Below, piece after piece: positions 37,390-45,473 of a DNA stretch of 45,473 bases. The translations under genes were made by a program, and so were the position numbers. This stretch comes from Gaiellaceae bacterium (GTDB lineage Bacteria; Actinomycetota; Thermoleophilia; Gaiellales; Gaiellaceae): assembly GCA_035545195.1 (NCBI GenBank), contig DASZYW010000124.1, forward strand, positions 1 through 45,473. The letters run 5' to 3'. Positions within the stretch are counted from its first letter, which is position 1. Every line of letters starts with the position of its first letter. The notes beneath the pieces were generated by a model that saw nothing but the letters and a program-made list of their open reading frames with translations, ran no database searches and was not told where the DNA came from.

Positions 37390-39293
37390 CCCGCGATCAG
37401 TTGCTGGCGGAAGGCCTCGATCTCGGGGCTGTGCGGGTTGAGCGCTTCCGCTTTGCGAAGCGCGTCGATCAGCGGCAGCCCGCTCGATGCCCGCGCGAGG
37501 TCGAACCAGAGCTGCCAGTTGTGCGGATCCTTCGCCACGGCTCGGTGGAGAGCGGTCCGCGCGACGGCGAACTGCGAGTCGTCGGTTGCCGTCTCCCCGA
37601 GCTTCTGCCAGGGATCGGTCGACCAGGGGGCGAGATCCGAGGCCGTGCGGGCCGCGCTCTCCGCCTTCGCCACGTCGCTGCCCGCGTTGCCGATCCGCGC
37701 GAGCGTCAGCTGCTCGGCGATGCCGTACACGCCGGCGAGCGCAGCGGCGGCGATCAGCGCGAGCAGCACACGCCGGCCCCGGTGCGCAGCAGGCGGTGCG
37801 CTCGGTTCCTCGTCGCCGGCGAGCAGGTAGGCCGCGCAGAGCAGGGCGACGATCGTGACGGCCACGACCTGCCAGTCCCAGTCCCCCGACACATGGACGA
37901 GGAACGCGACCAACGCTGCGGTCACCGGGACGGCGAACACGTTCTCCCGTCGTCGACGCACTCCCGCCCAGAGGGCCGCTCCGAACGCGCCGACGAGCAG
38001 CAGCAAGCCGATCGGACCGACCTCCGCGAGCGTCTGGAGATAGAGGCTGTGCGCGTCCCGGAGCTTCGTCTGGTCGCCGCGAACGAGCAGCCAGTTCCGC
38101 TCGTACGTGCCGGCGCCGTCGCCGAGCCACGGATGCGCAGCCCGCACGTCGAGGGCTACGCGCCAGGCGACGACGCGGGACGTGTGCAGGGTGTAGAAGT
38201 GATGGGTCAGGTTCGCGCCGCCTGCCGGGATGTCGCTCGAGAAGTCGTGCCACGCGCGCTGCGAGAGCGTCCACGGCGCACCGAACGCGACGAAAGTCCC
38301 GAGGAGCCCGAACGCGAGTGCGGCGACGATCGCCGCCCCGAGCCGGCGGTGGGTCCTCGGCGAGATGGCGACGCGCGACTCGAGACGGTCGAGCGCCCAG
38401 ACGGACAGCGCCGCGCCCGCGGCGAGCGCCAACAGCTCCAGCGCAAGCCGGTGGCCGTCGCGCGAAGCGGCCGCGAGCGTCACGCTCAGCGTGGTGAGGC
38501 CGTGCGCGTGCGCGGCGAGCCAGATCGCGGCGGCGCTCCACCCCCCGACCGCGACGACCCGTACGAACAGGCGAAGCCGCTGCGGCTCGAGGACGAACAT
38601 GATGACGAGCGCGCAACCGAGGGAGATGGCCGCACCGCGGCTGAAGGTCAGGTACTGCGTCACGAGCAGCAGCGGGACGGAGACGGCGGCTGCAAGCCGC
38701 AGTCTCGGGCCGCCGCGGGCGATGAAGCCGATCGCCAGCAACACGCCCATCGCCGCGAAGACGCCGAACGAGTTCCAGTAGCCGATCGGCTGCGAGAGCC
38801 TCCCGCCGGAGACGCTGTCGTACACGCCGATTCGGTCGGGCAGCAGCTTCGTCAGCAGACCGTACGTCGAGAGCGCCCACACTCCCGCCCAGAGGCCGGC
38901 GAGGAACGCGCGTGGTGCGCGCCGGCACACGAGCAGCCCGCCCGCGAGCGCCGCCGCGTAGACGAGCACGCGCTGCGCCTCCAGGACACTTGCGGTGACG
39001 TCCGCGCTCCAGACGACAGAGAGCAGCGTCCAGCCTGTGAAGCCCGTCAGCGAGGCCAGCGAGACCATGCCGAGACGCGAGATCCCGGCCCTGTCGTCCA
39101 GGATCAGGACGAGCGCCGCGGCCCAGGCCGACGCGAGGGTGAGCCACCCCCACGAGCCCGGGAAGTAGCCGCCTCGCGCCGACCCGGCGCCGACGACGAG
39201 CAGGAACGGTCCCGCGCCGGCGAGGACGGCGCCACGCTGCACCCCGCCCAGAGCGGCAGCCCGGGCGGTGCTTGAGCTGAGCGCACTCGACAT
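37365..39293 (-). CDS. large polytopic Wzy_C/O-antigen-ligase-family membrane protein with C-terminal TPR-like soluble domain
   Basis: There are more than 10 hydrophobic segments. The signature loop is WLGDGAGTYERNW...DAHSLYLQTLAEVGPIGLLLL. The C-terminal ~110 aa after the last TM has TPR-like helices (ALHRAVAKDPHNWQLWFDLA...ALRKAEALNPHSPE). The start is ATG 39293 or the upstream 39338. Confidence 0.7.
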   Translation of the reverse strand: MSSALSSSTARAAALGGVQRGAVLAGAGPFLLVVGAGSARGGYFPGSWGWLTLASAWAAALVLILDDRAGISRLGMVSLASLTGFTGWTLLSVVWSADVTASVLEAQRVLVYAAALAGGLLVCRRAPRAFLAGLWAGVWALSTYGLLTKLLPDRIGVYDSVSGGRLSQPIGYWNSFGVFAAMGVLLAIGFIARGGPRLRLAAAVSVPLLLVTQYLTFSRGAAISLGCALVIMFVLEPQRLRLFVRVVAVGGWSAAAIWLAAHAHGLTTLSVTLAAASRDGHRLALELLALAAGAALSVWALDRLESRVAISPRTHRRLGAAIVAALAFGLLGTFVAFGAPWTLSQRAWHDFSSDIPAGGANLTHHFYTLHTSRVVAWRVALDVRAAHPWLGDGAGTYERNWLLVRGDQTKLRDAHSLYLQTLAEVGPIGLLLLVGAFGAALWAGVRRRRENVFAVPVTAALVAFLVHVSGDWDWQVVAVTIVALLCAAYLLAGDEEPSAPPAAHRGRRVLLALIAAAALAGVYGIAEQLTLARIGNAGSDVAKAESAARTASDLAPWSTDPWQKLGETATDDSQFAVARTALHRAVAKDPHNWQLWFDLARASSGLPLIDALRKAEALNPHSPEIEAFRQQLIAGYNIAAGR

Positions 39294-39378
39294 TCCAAGC
39301 CATCGTGCAAGACGAGCGGTGCACTGGCAAGCCTGCAAGTTGCGGAATCGCGCCCCATCGACCAGGATCGAAGGCCTG

Positions 39379-39936
39379 ATGATCGGCCGTCACGACCCGC
39401 TCGCCGACCCGCGGGCCCTGATCCCGAAGCTGTATCGGTACGTCGCGTACGTGATCGGCGACGGTCCGGACGCCGAGGACGTGACCAGCGAGGCGTTCGA
39501 ACGCGCCCTTCGCTACCGGGACTCCTACGACCCGAAACGCGGCAGCCCACTCACCTGGCTGGTCGGGATCGCCGCCCGCTGCATCAGCGACCGCGGCGCC
39601 GTCCTCGCGCGCGCTCCCGTTCCGACCGCCGAGATGGAGCTGCACGCCGGAACGGCCGACGACTTCACCGACGAGGCGACGCTACGCCTGCGCGTCGCGA
39701 CCGTCCTCGGCGAGCTCTCCGAGCGCGACCGCGAGCTGGTCGCGCTCCGCTACGGAGCCGACCTGACGGCACGCGAGGTCGGAGCGCATCTCGGGCTGAC
39801 CACGAACGCCGCCGAGGTCGCTCTCCACCGCCTCAACCGGCGCCTGCGCAGCGAGCTCGCCGAGCTCGACCGGCCTCCGCCGTCGAAAGCCGTCGAACCG
39901 GAGCGTAAGGGTCTGGACGCCCCGGCCGGTATCTAG
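39379..39936 (+). CDS. ECF-type RNA polymerase sigma-70 family factor
   Basis: ATG at 39379 after GAAGG. Region 2: DAEDVTSEAFERALRYRDSYDPKRGSPLTWLVGIA. Region 4 HTH: LSERDRELVALRYGADLTAREVGAHLGLTTNAAEVALHR. Confidence 0.85.
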   Translation: MIGRHDPLADPRALIPKLYRYVAYVIGDGPDAEDVTSEAFERALRYRDSYDPKRGSPLTWLVGIAARCISDRGAVLARAPVPTAEMELHAGTADDFTDEATLRLRVATVLGELSERDRELVALRYGADLTAREVGAHLGLTTNAAEVALHRLNRRLRSELAELDRPPPSKAVEPERKGLDAPAGI

Positions 39937-39984
39937 CCCGAACGTCGGCGTGTCTATTCGGACGGTGAGGGTGGTGTCGAGGCG

Positions 39985-41253
39985 ATGCACATGAACAGGT
40001 GGCGGAAGGATTCGGATCTGAAGCGGCTCTTCTCGAAGGTCGAGCCGCAGGTCCCGGAAGGTCTCGTCGAGCGGCTTACGGCACGTGCGGCCCGCCCGAG
40101 CACGACCCGCTGGGCGATGCGTCGCGTCGCGCTGGCAGGCGGCCTGAGCGTCGTGCTGCTGACCGCGCTGGCCGCGGTCGGCGGAATCAGCTACGCCGGC
40201 ACGCTGGCCAAGGACATCGTCACCGGACAGACCGTGCACCGCATCGTCTTCGGTTCGCGGCTGAGCCAGAAGGAGCAGGTGAGCGCGCTGCCGCAGGCGC
40301 ACAATGCCGCGCTCGACCAGTACGGCCAGTCCGGAAACGAGACGACCCAAGCAGTCAAGCCGGACCAGACGCAGACCGTCAGCGCCGGCACCTCGTCCGT
40401 CGCCATCACGCCCGACGCGGCAAGCGCGATCGTGGCGGCCGCCCCCGGCGCGTTGATCCACGTCGACCCGACGCCGCCGAACCAGGCGGGCAACCTCGCC
40501 GCCGTCAGCATCGTCGTCACGAACGCGCAGGGCACGATCATTCCGATCACGCTGAGCGGCGACCAGAAGCCGCTGGCCGTGACCCTGGCCGCGAGCACGG
40601 GCGACGGCGCGATCCCGTGCGTCGACAGCGGCAACGGCTGCGCTGCCGCCCCGGAGCTGACGGACGCTGCCAAGGCCAAGGTGGCCGCGGGGACGCTCAC
40701 CTGCAGCGACCTCGACTCCACGACGCGAGACGGCTACTACGAGCCGGACGCGTCGCACGTCGTGATCTTCACGTGTCACCTCACGGTCTTCGCGGTGGTC
40801 ACGAAGGACAAGCTCAGCATCAGCGCGTCGGGCCGGAAGTTCGCGCCCGCAGGAAGCGGCAAGTTCGGCGATCCGACCCTGTACTCGCCGCAGCCGGCGC
40901 AGCTGAAGCAGGTCGGCTCCAGCGTCACCGTGGGCTCGCTGAAGTCGCTCTCCGGCCACTCGGTCTCGTTCGGCTTCTTCGTCAACGAGCAGGTCGCGGC
41001 CTACATCACCGTGTTCGCCAAGGGCAAGAAGCTCCCGATCGCCCTCAAGGGCACGATGATCCGTGGCACGACTCTCACGAACAAGGTCGACGTGAAGGCG
41101 CTGCACATCCCCGTGCTGAAGCCGGGAACGCTGAAGCTCCGGCTTCGGATCCCCGACGGTCGCCTGCAGCCGGGCGAGCACTACCGGATCCGCATTCTCG
41201 CGATCGACTACGACGGCAACAAGACGTACGGCTTCATCCCGTTCACCGGTTGA
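39985..41253 (+). CDS. single-pass membrane protein with large extracytoplasmic beta-rich domain (candidate anti-sigma factor / sensor partner)
   Basis: It lies 48 nt downstream of the ECF sigma gene. It has a ~45-aa cytoplasmic head, a TM (VALAGGLSVVLLTALAAVGGISYAG) and a ~350-aa external domain. No HxxxCxxC zinc anti-sigma motif is present. The functional call is by position only. Confidence 0.45.
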   Translation: MHMNRWRKDSDLKRLFSKVEPQVPEGLVERLTARAARPSTTRWAMRRVALAGGLSVVLLTALAAVGGISYAGTLAKDIVTGQTVHRIVFGSRLSQKEQVSALPQAHNAALDQYGQSGNETTQAVKPDQTQTVSAGTSSVAITPDAASAIVAAAPGALIHVDPTPPNQAGNLAAVSIVVTNAQGTIIPITLSGDQKPLAVTLAASTGDGAIPCVDSGNGCAAAPELTDAAKAKVAAGTLTCSDLDSTTRDGYYEPDASHVVIFTCHLTVFAVVTKDKLSISASGRKFAPAGSGKFGDPTLYSPQPAQLKQVGSSVTVGSLKSLSGHSVSFGFFVNEQVAAYITVFAKGKKLPIALKGTMIRGTTLTNKVDVKALHIPVLKPGTLKLRLRIPDGRLQPGEHYRIRILAIDYDGNKTYGFIPFTG

Positions 41254-41278
41254 CGCCGAGAGACCAGCACGACGTTCC

Positions 41279-41303
41279 GTGGGGCCCCGACCAGGGGCCC
41301 CAC
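41279..41303 (+). terminator. rho-independent terminator-like hairpin
   Basis: GTGGGGCCCC-GACCA-GGGGCCCCAC forms a perfect 10-bp stem, followed by GTCTTCT. It lies 25 nt after the stop at 41253. Confidence 0.65.
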
Positions 41304-41324
41304 GTCTTCTAGCCTTCAGGAACG

Positions 41325-42116
41325 GTGGCCACAACGAGCATCGTCGATCTCCACTCGCACGTGCTCCCGGCCCTCGACGACGGCCCGGAGACGCTGGAGG
41401 AGAGCGTCGAGGCCGGACGCGCAGCAGTCGCCGCGGGCGTGACGATCCTGGCCGCCACGCCGCATGTGCGTCAGGACTACCCCACCACGGCCGACCGAAT
41501 GGAGGAGGCCCTCGCCGCCGTCCGCTCGGCGTACGCGCGCGAGGGCGTCGGACTCGATCTCCGTGGCGGCGGCGAGCTCGATCTGGAGTGGCTGGCCGTG
41601 CTCGAGCCGCGAGAAGTCAGACGCTTCGGCCTGGCCGGAAACCCGAGCTACGTGCTCGTGGAGTTTCCGAGCGGCGCCTGGCCGCTGAACCTGCGGAGCG
41701 TCGTATTCCAGCTCGCGCTGGAGGGCATCGCGCCGGTCTTGGCGCACCCGGAGATCAATCCGGACGTGCAAGCCCACCCTGAGCGGCTGCGCGAGCTGGT
41801 CGACGCCGGCGCACTCGTGCAGGTCACCGCGGCGTCTCTGGACGGTCGCTACGGCGCGGTCGCGCTTCGCACCGCCGAGCTCCTCCTCACCGCGGAGCTC
41901 GTCCATCTCGTGGCCAGCGACGCACACGGCGCGGACATGCGCGGCTTCGACTTCGGCGGCGCCGCTCGGCGGATCGCCGATCCCGAGCTCGAGCGCTGGC
42001 TCCTGCACGACGTCCCGGGCGCGATCGCAGGCGCCATGCCGCTCCCGGAGCGACCTCGACGACCAGAGCACGTGCGACGAGGCCGGCTGCGTCGGCGCCG
42101 GGTCCGAGAGGACTAG
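41325..42116 (+). CDS. CpsB/YwqE-type PHP-domain manganese-dependent protein-tyrosine phosphatase
   Basis: GTG start. Motifs seen: IVDLHSHVLPALDDGPETLEES, ILAATPHV, LVASDAHG. These are hallmark PHP/CpsB motifs. Confidence 0.8.
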   Translation: MATTSIVDLHSHVLPALDDGPETLEESVEAGRAAVAAGVTILAATPHVRQDYPTTADRMEEALAAVRSAYAREGVGLDLRGGGELDLEWLAVLEPREVRRFGLAGNPSYVLVEFPSGAWPLNLRSVVFQLALEGIAPVLAHPEINPDVQAHPERLRELVDAGALVQVTAASLDGRYGAVALRTAELLLTAELVHLVASDAHGADMRGFDFGGAARRIADPELERWLLHDVPGAIAGAMPLPERPRRPEHVRRGRLRRRRVRED

Positions 42117-42130
42117 ACTCACTCCGAGCC

Positions 42131-42910
42131 GTGGACAGCCCTCGCGTCGTCATCCTCGCAGGCGGCCTCGGCACGCGACTGCGTGAGGAGACCGAGTTCC
42201 GGCCGAAGCCGATGGTCGAGGTCGGCGGCAAGCCGATCGTCTGGCACATCATGAAGGGCTTCGCCCACTACGGCCTGACGTCGTTCATCGTCTGCGTGGG
42301 CTACAAGGGCGAGATCATCAAGGACTACTTCCTCAACTACCGCGCCCGCAACAACGACTTCACCGTCACCCTCGGCGAGCACGAGCAGGTCGAGTTCCAC
42401 GGCCGCCACGCCGAGTCGAACTGGACGGTCACCGTCGCCGACACGGGCGACGACACGATGACGGGAGGGCGCGTCTTCCAGACCCGGCCGTACGTCGACG
42501 GCACCTTCATCTGCACCTACGGCGACGGGCTCGCCGACGTGCCGATCGACCGCCTACTCGAGTTCCACCGCTCGCACGGCGCGCTCGCGACCGTCACGAC
42601 CGTCCAGCCGCTCAGCCGCTTCGGCGTGATGGAGGTGATCGGCGACGGCGTCGTCGAGCGCTTCCGCGAGAAGCCGCAGCAGCAGGGCTGGGTGAACGCA
42701 GGCTTCTTCGTCTTCGAGCCCGGCGTCTTCGACTACCTCGACGAGAGCTCGGTGCTCGAGCAGGACCCGCTCGCCAGGCTGGCGGCGGACAACCAGCTGC
42801 GCGCGTACCGCCACGACGGCTTCTGGCAGCCGATGGACACGTACCGGGAGCTCGTGCTCCTGAACGGACTCTGGGACAGCGGCGACGCGCCCTGGAAGGT
42901 CTGGTCGTGA
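42131..42910 (+). CDS. rfbF: glucose-1-phosphate cytidylyltransferase
   Basis: Motifs seen: VVILAGGLGTRLREETEFRPKPMVEVGGKPIVWHIMK, FIVCVGYKGEIIKDYFLNY, TGGRV, FWQPMDTYRE. This is full-length RfbF/DdhA-like colinearity. Confidence 0.88.
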   Translation: MDSPRVVILAGGLGTRLREETEFRPKPMVEVGGKPIVWHIMKGFAHYGLTSFIVCVGYKGEIIKDYFLNYRARNNDFTVTLGEHEQVEFHGRHAESNWTVTVADTGDDTMTGGRVFQTRPYVDGTFICTYGDGLADVPIDRLLEFHRSHGALATVTTVQPLSRFGVMEVIGDGVVERFREKPQQQGWVNAGFFVFEPGVFDYLDESSVLEQDPLARLAADNQLRAYRHDGFWQPMDTYRELVLLNGLWDSGDAPWKVWS

Positions 42911-43872
42911 CCGGGCCGCAGCGGGTGCTCGTCACCGGCGCGACCGGGGTCGTCGGCTCCTGGCTGACCCGTCGCCTCGTCGAGGACGGCGCCTACGTCG
43001 TCGCGCTCGTCCGCGACATGGACCCGCAGTCGGAGCTGCTCCGGAGCGGCACCCTGCAGCGGATCTCGGTCGTCAGCGGCGAGCTCGAGGACGCGCGCGC
43101 CGTCGCCCGCGCGGTCGTCGAGCACGAGGTCGACACGATCATGCACCTGGGCGCGCAGACGATCGTCGGGGCCGCGCTGCGCGACCCGGCCGCGACGTTC
43201 GCGAGCAACCTGCAGGGGACGTGGAACGTGCTCGAGGCGGCGCGCCTCCACCCCGACCTCGTCCGCGCCGTCGTCGTCGCGAGCTCCGACAAGGCCTACG
43301 GCTCCGCGGACCGGCTCCCGTACACCGAGGACTTTCCGCTCCATGGACGCAGCCCGTACGACGTGTCGAAGAGCTGCACAGACCTGCTCGCGACCTCGTA
43401 CGCGACGACGTACGGGACGCCGGCGCTGATCGCGCGCTGCGGCAACATCTACGGCGGCGGCGACCTGAACTGGAGCCGGATCGTGCCGGGGACGATCCGC
43501 TCGCTCCTGCACGGCGAGCAGCCGATCATCCGCAGCGACGGCACCTTCCGCCGCGACTACCTGCACGTGGACGACGCGGTCGACGCGTACCTCCTGCTCG
43601 CGGAGCGCGCGCTCGCCGGCGAGCACCGCGGCGAGGCGTTCAACTTCGGCCACGAGTCGCCCGTGACGGTGCGCGAGATCTACGACCTGACGTGCCGCGC
43701 CACCGTCGGGCACGAGGTCGAGGCGAACGTCCTCGGCCAGGCCGAGCACGAGATCCGCGACCAGTGGCTCTCCGCCGCGAAGGCGCGTGAGCGGCTCGGC
43801 TGGGCGCCGCGCGTCTCGCTCGAGGACGGCCTCGCGCGGACCGTCGACTGGTACCGCGCGCTCTTCGCCTAG
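42907..43872 (+). CDS. extended-SDR NDP-hexose 4,6-dehydratase-like enzyme (CDP-glucose 4,6-dehydratase candidate)
   Basis: GTGA overlap with the rfbF stop. Motifs seen: VLVTGATGVVGSWL, SSDKAYG, PYDVSKSC (YxxxK), RCGNIYGGGDLNWSRIVPG (resembles RfbG R-GNVIGGGD). Confidence 0.65.
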   Translation: MTGPQRVLVTGATGVVGSWLTRRLVEDGAYVVALVRDMDPQSELLRSGTLQRISVVSGELEDARAVARAVVEHEVDTIMHLGAQTIVGAALRDPAATFASNLQGTWNVLEAARLHPDLVRAVVVASSDKAYGSADRLPYTEDFPLHGRSPYDVSKSCTDLLATSYATTYGTPALIARCGNIYGGGDLNWSRIVPGTIRSLLHGEQPIIRSDGTFRRDYLHVDDAVDAYLLLAERALAGEHRGEAFNFGHESPVTVREIYDLTCRATVGHEVEANVLGQAEHEIRDQWLSAAKARERLGWAPRVSLEDGLARTVDWYRALFA

Positions 43873-45473
43873 AGGGCGAGCGCCGACTCCCGCACCGCCG
43901 CGAGCGTCTCGTCGTCGAGGTGCGGGTACATGTCGTCGAGCGCGGGAGTCATGATCTTGCCGTCGCGCATCCGCGAGCGCAGGCGCGGCTCGAACTCCTG
44001 CTCGCGGTCGAGCGGCGCCACGCACACGCGCGGCCCCGTCGCGGCGACGGCGGCCGCGACCTGCGCGCGCCAGTCGCCGCCCGGGTCGAGCGTCGTCACC
44101 GGCAGGTCGAAGCTCGCCGCGACGCGCGCGAAGTCCGGGAAGGTGACGCCGGACGCGGGCGACGCGCCGAACTCGCGTCCGAAGAAGTTCGACTGCGTCT
44201 GGCGGATCGAGAGGTAGCCGCCGTTGTCGAGGATCACGAGCAGCACGTCGGGCGCCCAGGCGGCGAGCGTCTGCAGCTCCTGCAGGTTCATCATCACCGA
44301 GCCGTCGCCGGCGAGGCAGACGACGCGGCGGTCGGGCGCGGCCGTCGCGGCGCCGAGCGCCGCCGGGAGGTCGTAGCCCATCGACGCGGAGCCGCTGTTC
44401 GAGAAGAGCCTCAGCCCGGCAGGCACGCGCAGGGTCTGGAACGGGACGATGCAGGCGGTCGCGTCGCCGCACGCGACGACATGGCTGCCGTCGAGCAGCT
44501 CGCCGAGCTCGAGCACGAGGTGGTACGGGTTGATCCCGCCGGGCCGCGCCGGGTAGTCCTCCGCCTTCGGCTCGAAGCGGGCGCGGACGTCACGGCACCA
44601 CTCGAGCCACGCCGTCCGCGGGGCTGCGGTCTCCGGCGCTGCGGCGAGCAGGCCGGGCAGGAAGTCGCGGAGGTCGGCGACGATCGGCACGTCGGGGCGG
44701 ACGTACGGCTTCTGCAGCTCGGCCTCGTCCACGTCGACCCACACGATCGTCGCGTGCGGCGCGAACTCCGCCCAGTTGTAGCTCACCTGGCGCACGTTCA
44801 GCCGCGAGCCGAGGACGAGGATCAGGTCGGCGCTCTGCGCGACGAAGTTGCCGGCGCGCGTGCCGATCGTCCCCGGCCGCCCCGCGTAGAGCGGGTGGTC
44901 GCTGGGAACGGTGTCGTGCGTCCAGGCCGTGGCCACCGGCACGTTCAGCCGCTCGGCGAGCGGCACGAGCAGGTCGGCGCAGCCGGCGGCGCGGATCCCG
45001 GTGCCGGCGAGGATCAGCGGGCGCCGAGCCGCGTCGATCCGCGCGAGCACGTCCGCGTAGACGGCGTCGCCGGGCGGCGCCACCGGCCGGACGAGCTCGG
45101 GCAGCGGCGCGTCGGGGTCGGCGTCGAGCTCGGCGCCCTGCACGTCCACGGGCACGTCGAGCCAGGCCGGCCCGGGGCGGCCGGAGATCGCGGCGGCGAC
45201 CGTCCGGTCGAGCAGCTCCGGGAGCTGCGCCGGGTCGGTGACGGTCTCGGCCGAGACGGTGATCTCGCACGCCATCTCGACGATGCGCGCCTCCTGGTCG
45301 CCGAGCTGGCGGAGGCCTGCGACGCCGGCGAGCGACGACATCGTGTCGCGCCGCGACTGGCCGCCGATCACGACCATCGGCGTCGAGTCGGTGAACGCGC
45401 CGAAGACGCCGTTGAACGCGTTCAGCCCGCCGGGGCCGGTCGTGACGTTGAGCACCGCCGGGCGGCCGGTGAC
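43869..45473 (-). CDS. thiamine-diphosphate-dependent enzyme of the acetolactate-synthase-like family (N-terminus outside window)
   Basis: The frame is open to the window edge. Motifs seen: TTGPGGLNAFNGV and the ThDP motif GSASMGYDLPAALGA...CLAGDGSVMMNLQELQT...LDNGGY. The C-terminal EFEPRLRSR..DGKIMTPALDDMYPHL tail is seen in glycan-cluster ThDP enzymes. Confidence 0.8.
   Translation of the reverse strand, partial: VTGRPAVLNVTTGPGGLNAFNGVFGAFTDSTPMVVIGGQSRRDTMSSLAGVAGLRQLGDQEARIVEMACEITVSAETVTDPAQLPELLDRTVAAAISGRPGPAWLDVPVDVQGAELDADPDAPLPELVRPVAPPGDAVYADVLARIDAARRPLILAGTGIRAAGCADLLVPLAERLNVPVATAWTHDTVPSDHPLYAGRPGTIGTRAGNFVAQSADLILVLGSRLNVRQVSYNWAEFAPHATIVWVDVDEAELQKPYVRPDVPIVADLRDFLPGLLAAAPETAAPRTAWLEWCRDVRARFEPKAEDYPARPGGINPYHLVLELGELLDGSHVVACGDATACIVPFQTLRVPAGLRLFSNSGSASMGYDLPAALGAATAAPDRRVVCLAGDGSVMMNLQELQTLAAWAPDVLLVILDNGGYLSIRQTQSNFFGREFGASPASGVTFPDFARVAASFDLPVTTLDPGGDWRAQVAAAVAATGPRVCVAPLDREQEFEPRLRSRMRDGKIMTPALDDMYPHLDDETLAAVRESALAL

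Noticed and set aside
36505-39645. Very long alternative-frame and antisense ORFs with Arg/Ala/Pro/Gly-rich translations. Examples: 36505..39645 (-, 1046 aa), 2823..4235 (-), 4144..5148 (+), 19674..21182 (+), 39682..41334 (-), and the upstream parts of 118..2649, 26155..28563 and 32612..35269.
   Set aside because: These are typical stop-codon-poor shadow frames of a ~70% GC genome. They overlap genes with strong family motifs, have low-complexity composition and contain no recognisable domains. Only the motif-bearing frame or sub-segment was annotated.
43869-45473. The ThDP enzyme as sulfoacetaldehyde acetyltransferase (Xsc), which would link to sulfoquinovose catabolism.
   Set aside because: No sulfoglycolysis genes (sulfoquinovosidase, SQ isomerase/kinase/aldolase, exporter) are present. 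The gene sits 21 kb from sqdB beside CDP-hexose genes, and its C-terminal tail resembles glycan-cluster ThDP enzymes. This cannot be fully excluded without phylogeny.

Overview
This is a very GC-rich chromosomal segment (roughly 70% by eye, not computed). Gene organisation looks actinobacterial: many GTG/TTG starts and frequent 4-nt ATGA/GTGA start-stop overlaps. I saw no transposase, integrase or CRISPR array. Bases 1-5.5 kb carry housekeeping-type genes: a divergent FtsH paralog coupled to a membrane protein, small membrane ORFs, a RecD2-type helicase and tRNA-Glu(UUC). From about 5.55 kb to the window edge (about 40 kb) there is one large cell-surface glycan locus of the Wzx/Wzy type. It encodes a small phosphoglycosyl transferase, a Wzx flippase, two Wzy_C-family membrane proteins, a BY-tyrosine kinase and a distant CpsB-type phosphatase. 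It also encodes seven glycosyltransferases and three methyltransferases (class I, FkbM, and one fused to a GT), a DegT aminotransferase, and an FkbH-like/YdjC pair. An embedded ECF sigma module lies inside the locus. The most interesting content is the sugar-precursor chemistry. (i) A clear UDP-sulfoquinovose synthase (SqdB/SQD1) heads a roughly 16-kb translationally coupled operon. It is followed by a UDP-glucose-dehydrogenase homolog that has lost its catalytic Cys and its GxGxxG glycine, then twin SDRs and a Gfo/Idh/MocA oxidoreductase. (ii) The full GDP-D-glycero-alpha-D-manno-heptose pathway is present (GmhA, HddA, GmhB, HddC), together with a locus-embedded transaldolase and an SDR epimerase carrying a Cys4 insertion. 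(iii) A CDP-hexose branch (RfbF, dehydratase) sits beside a ThDP enzyme. Several unusual domain fusions are also present. My best candidate for an undescribed system is a sulfoquinovose- and heptose-containing, methylated envelope glycan pathway in a non-photosynthetic high-GC bacterium. All functional calls rest on motif recognition by eye, and no database search was possible.
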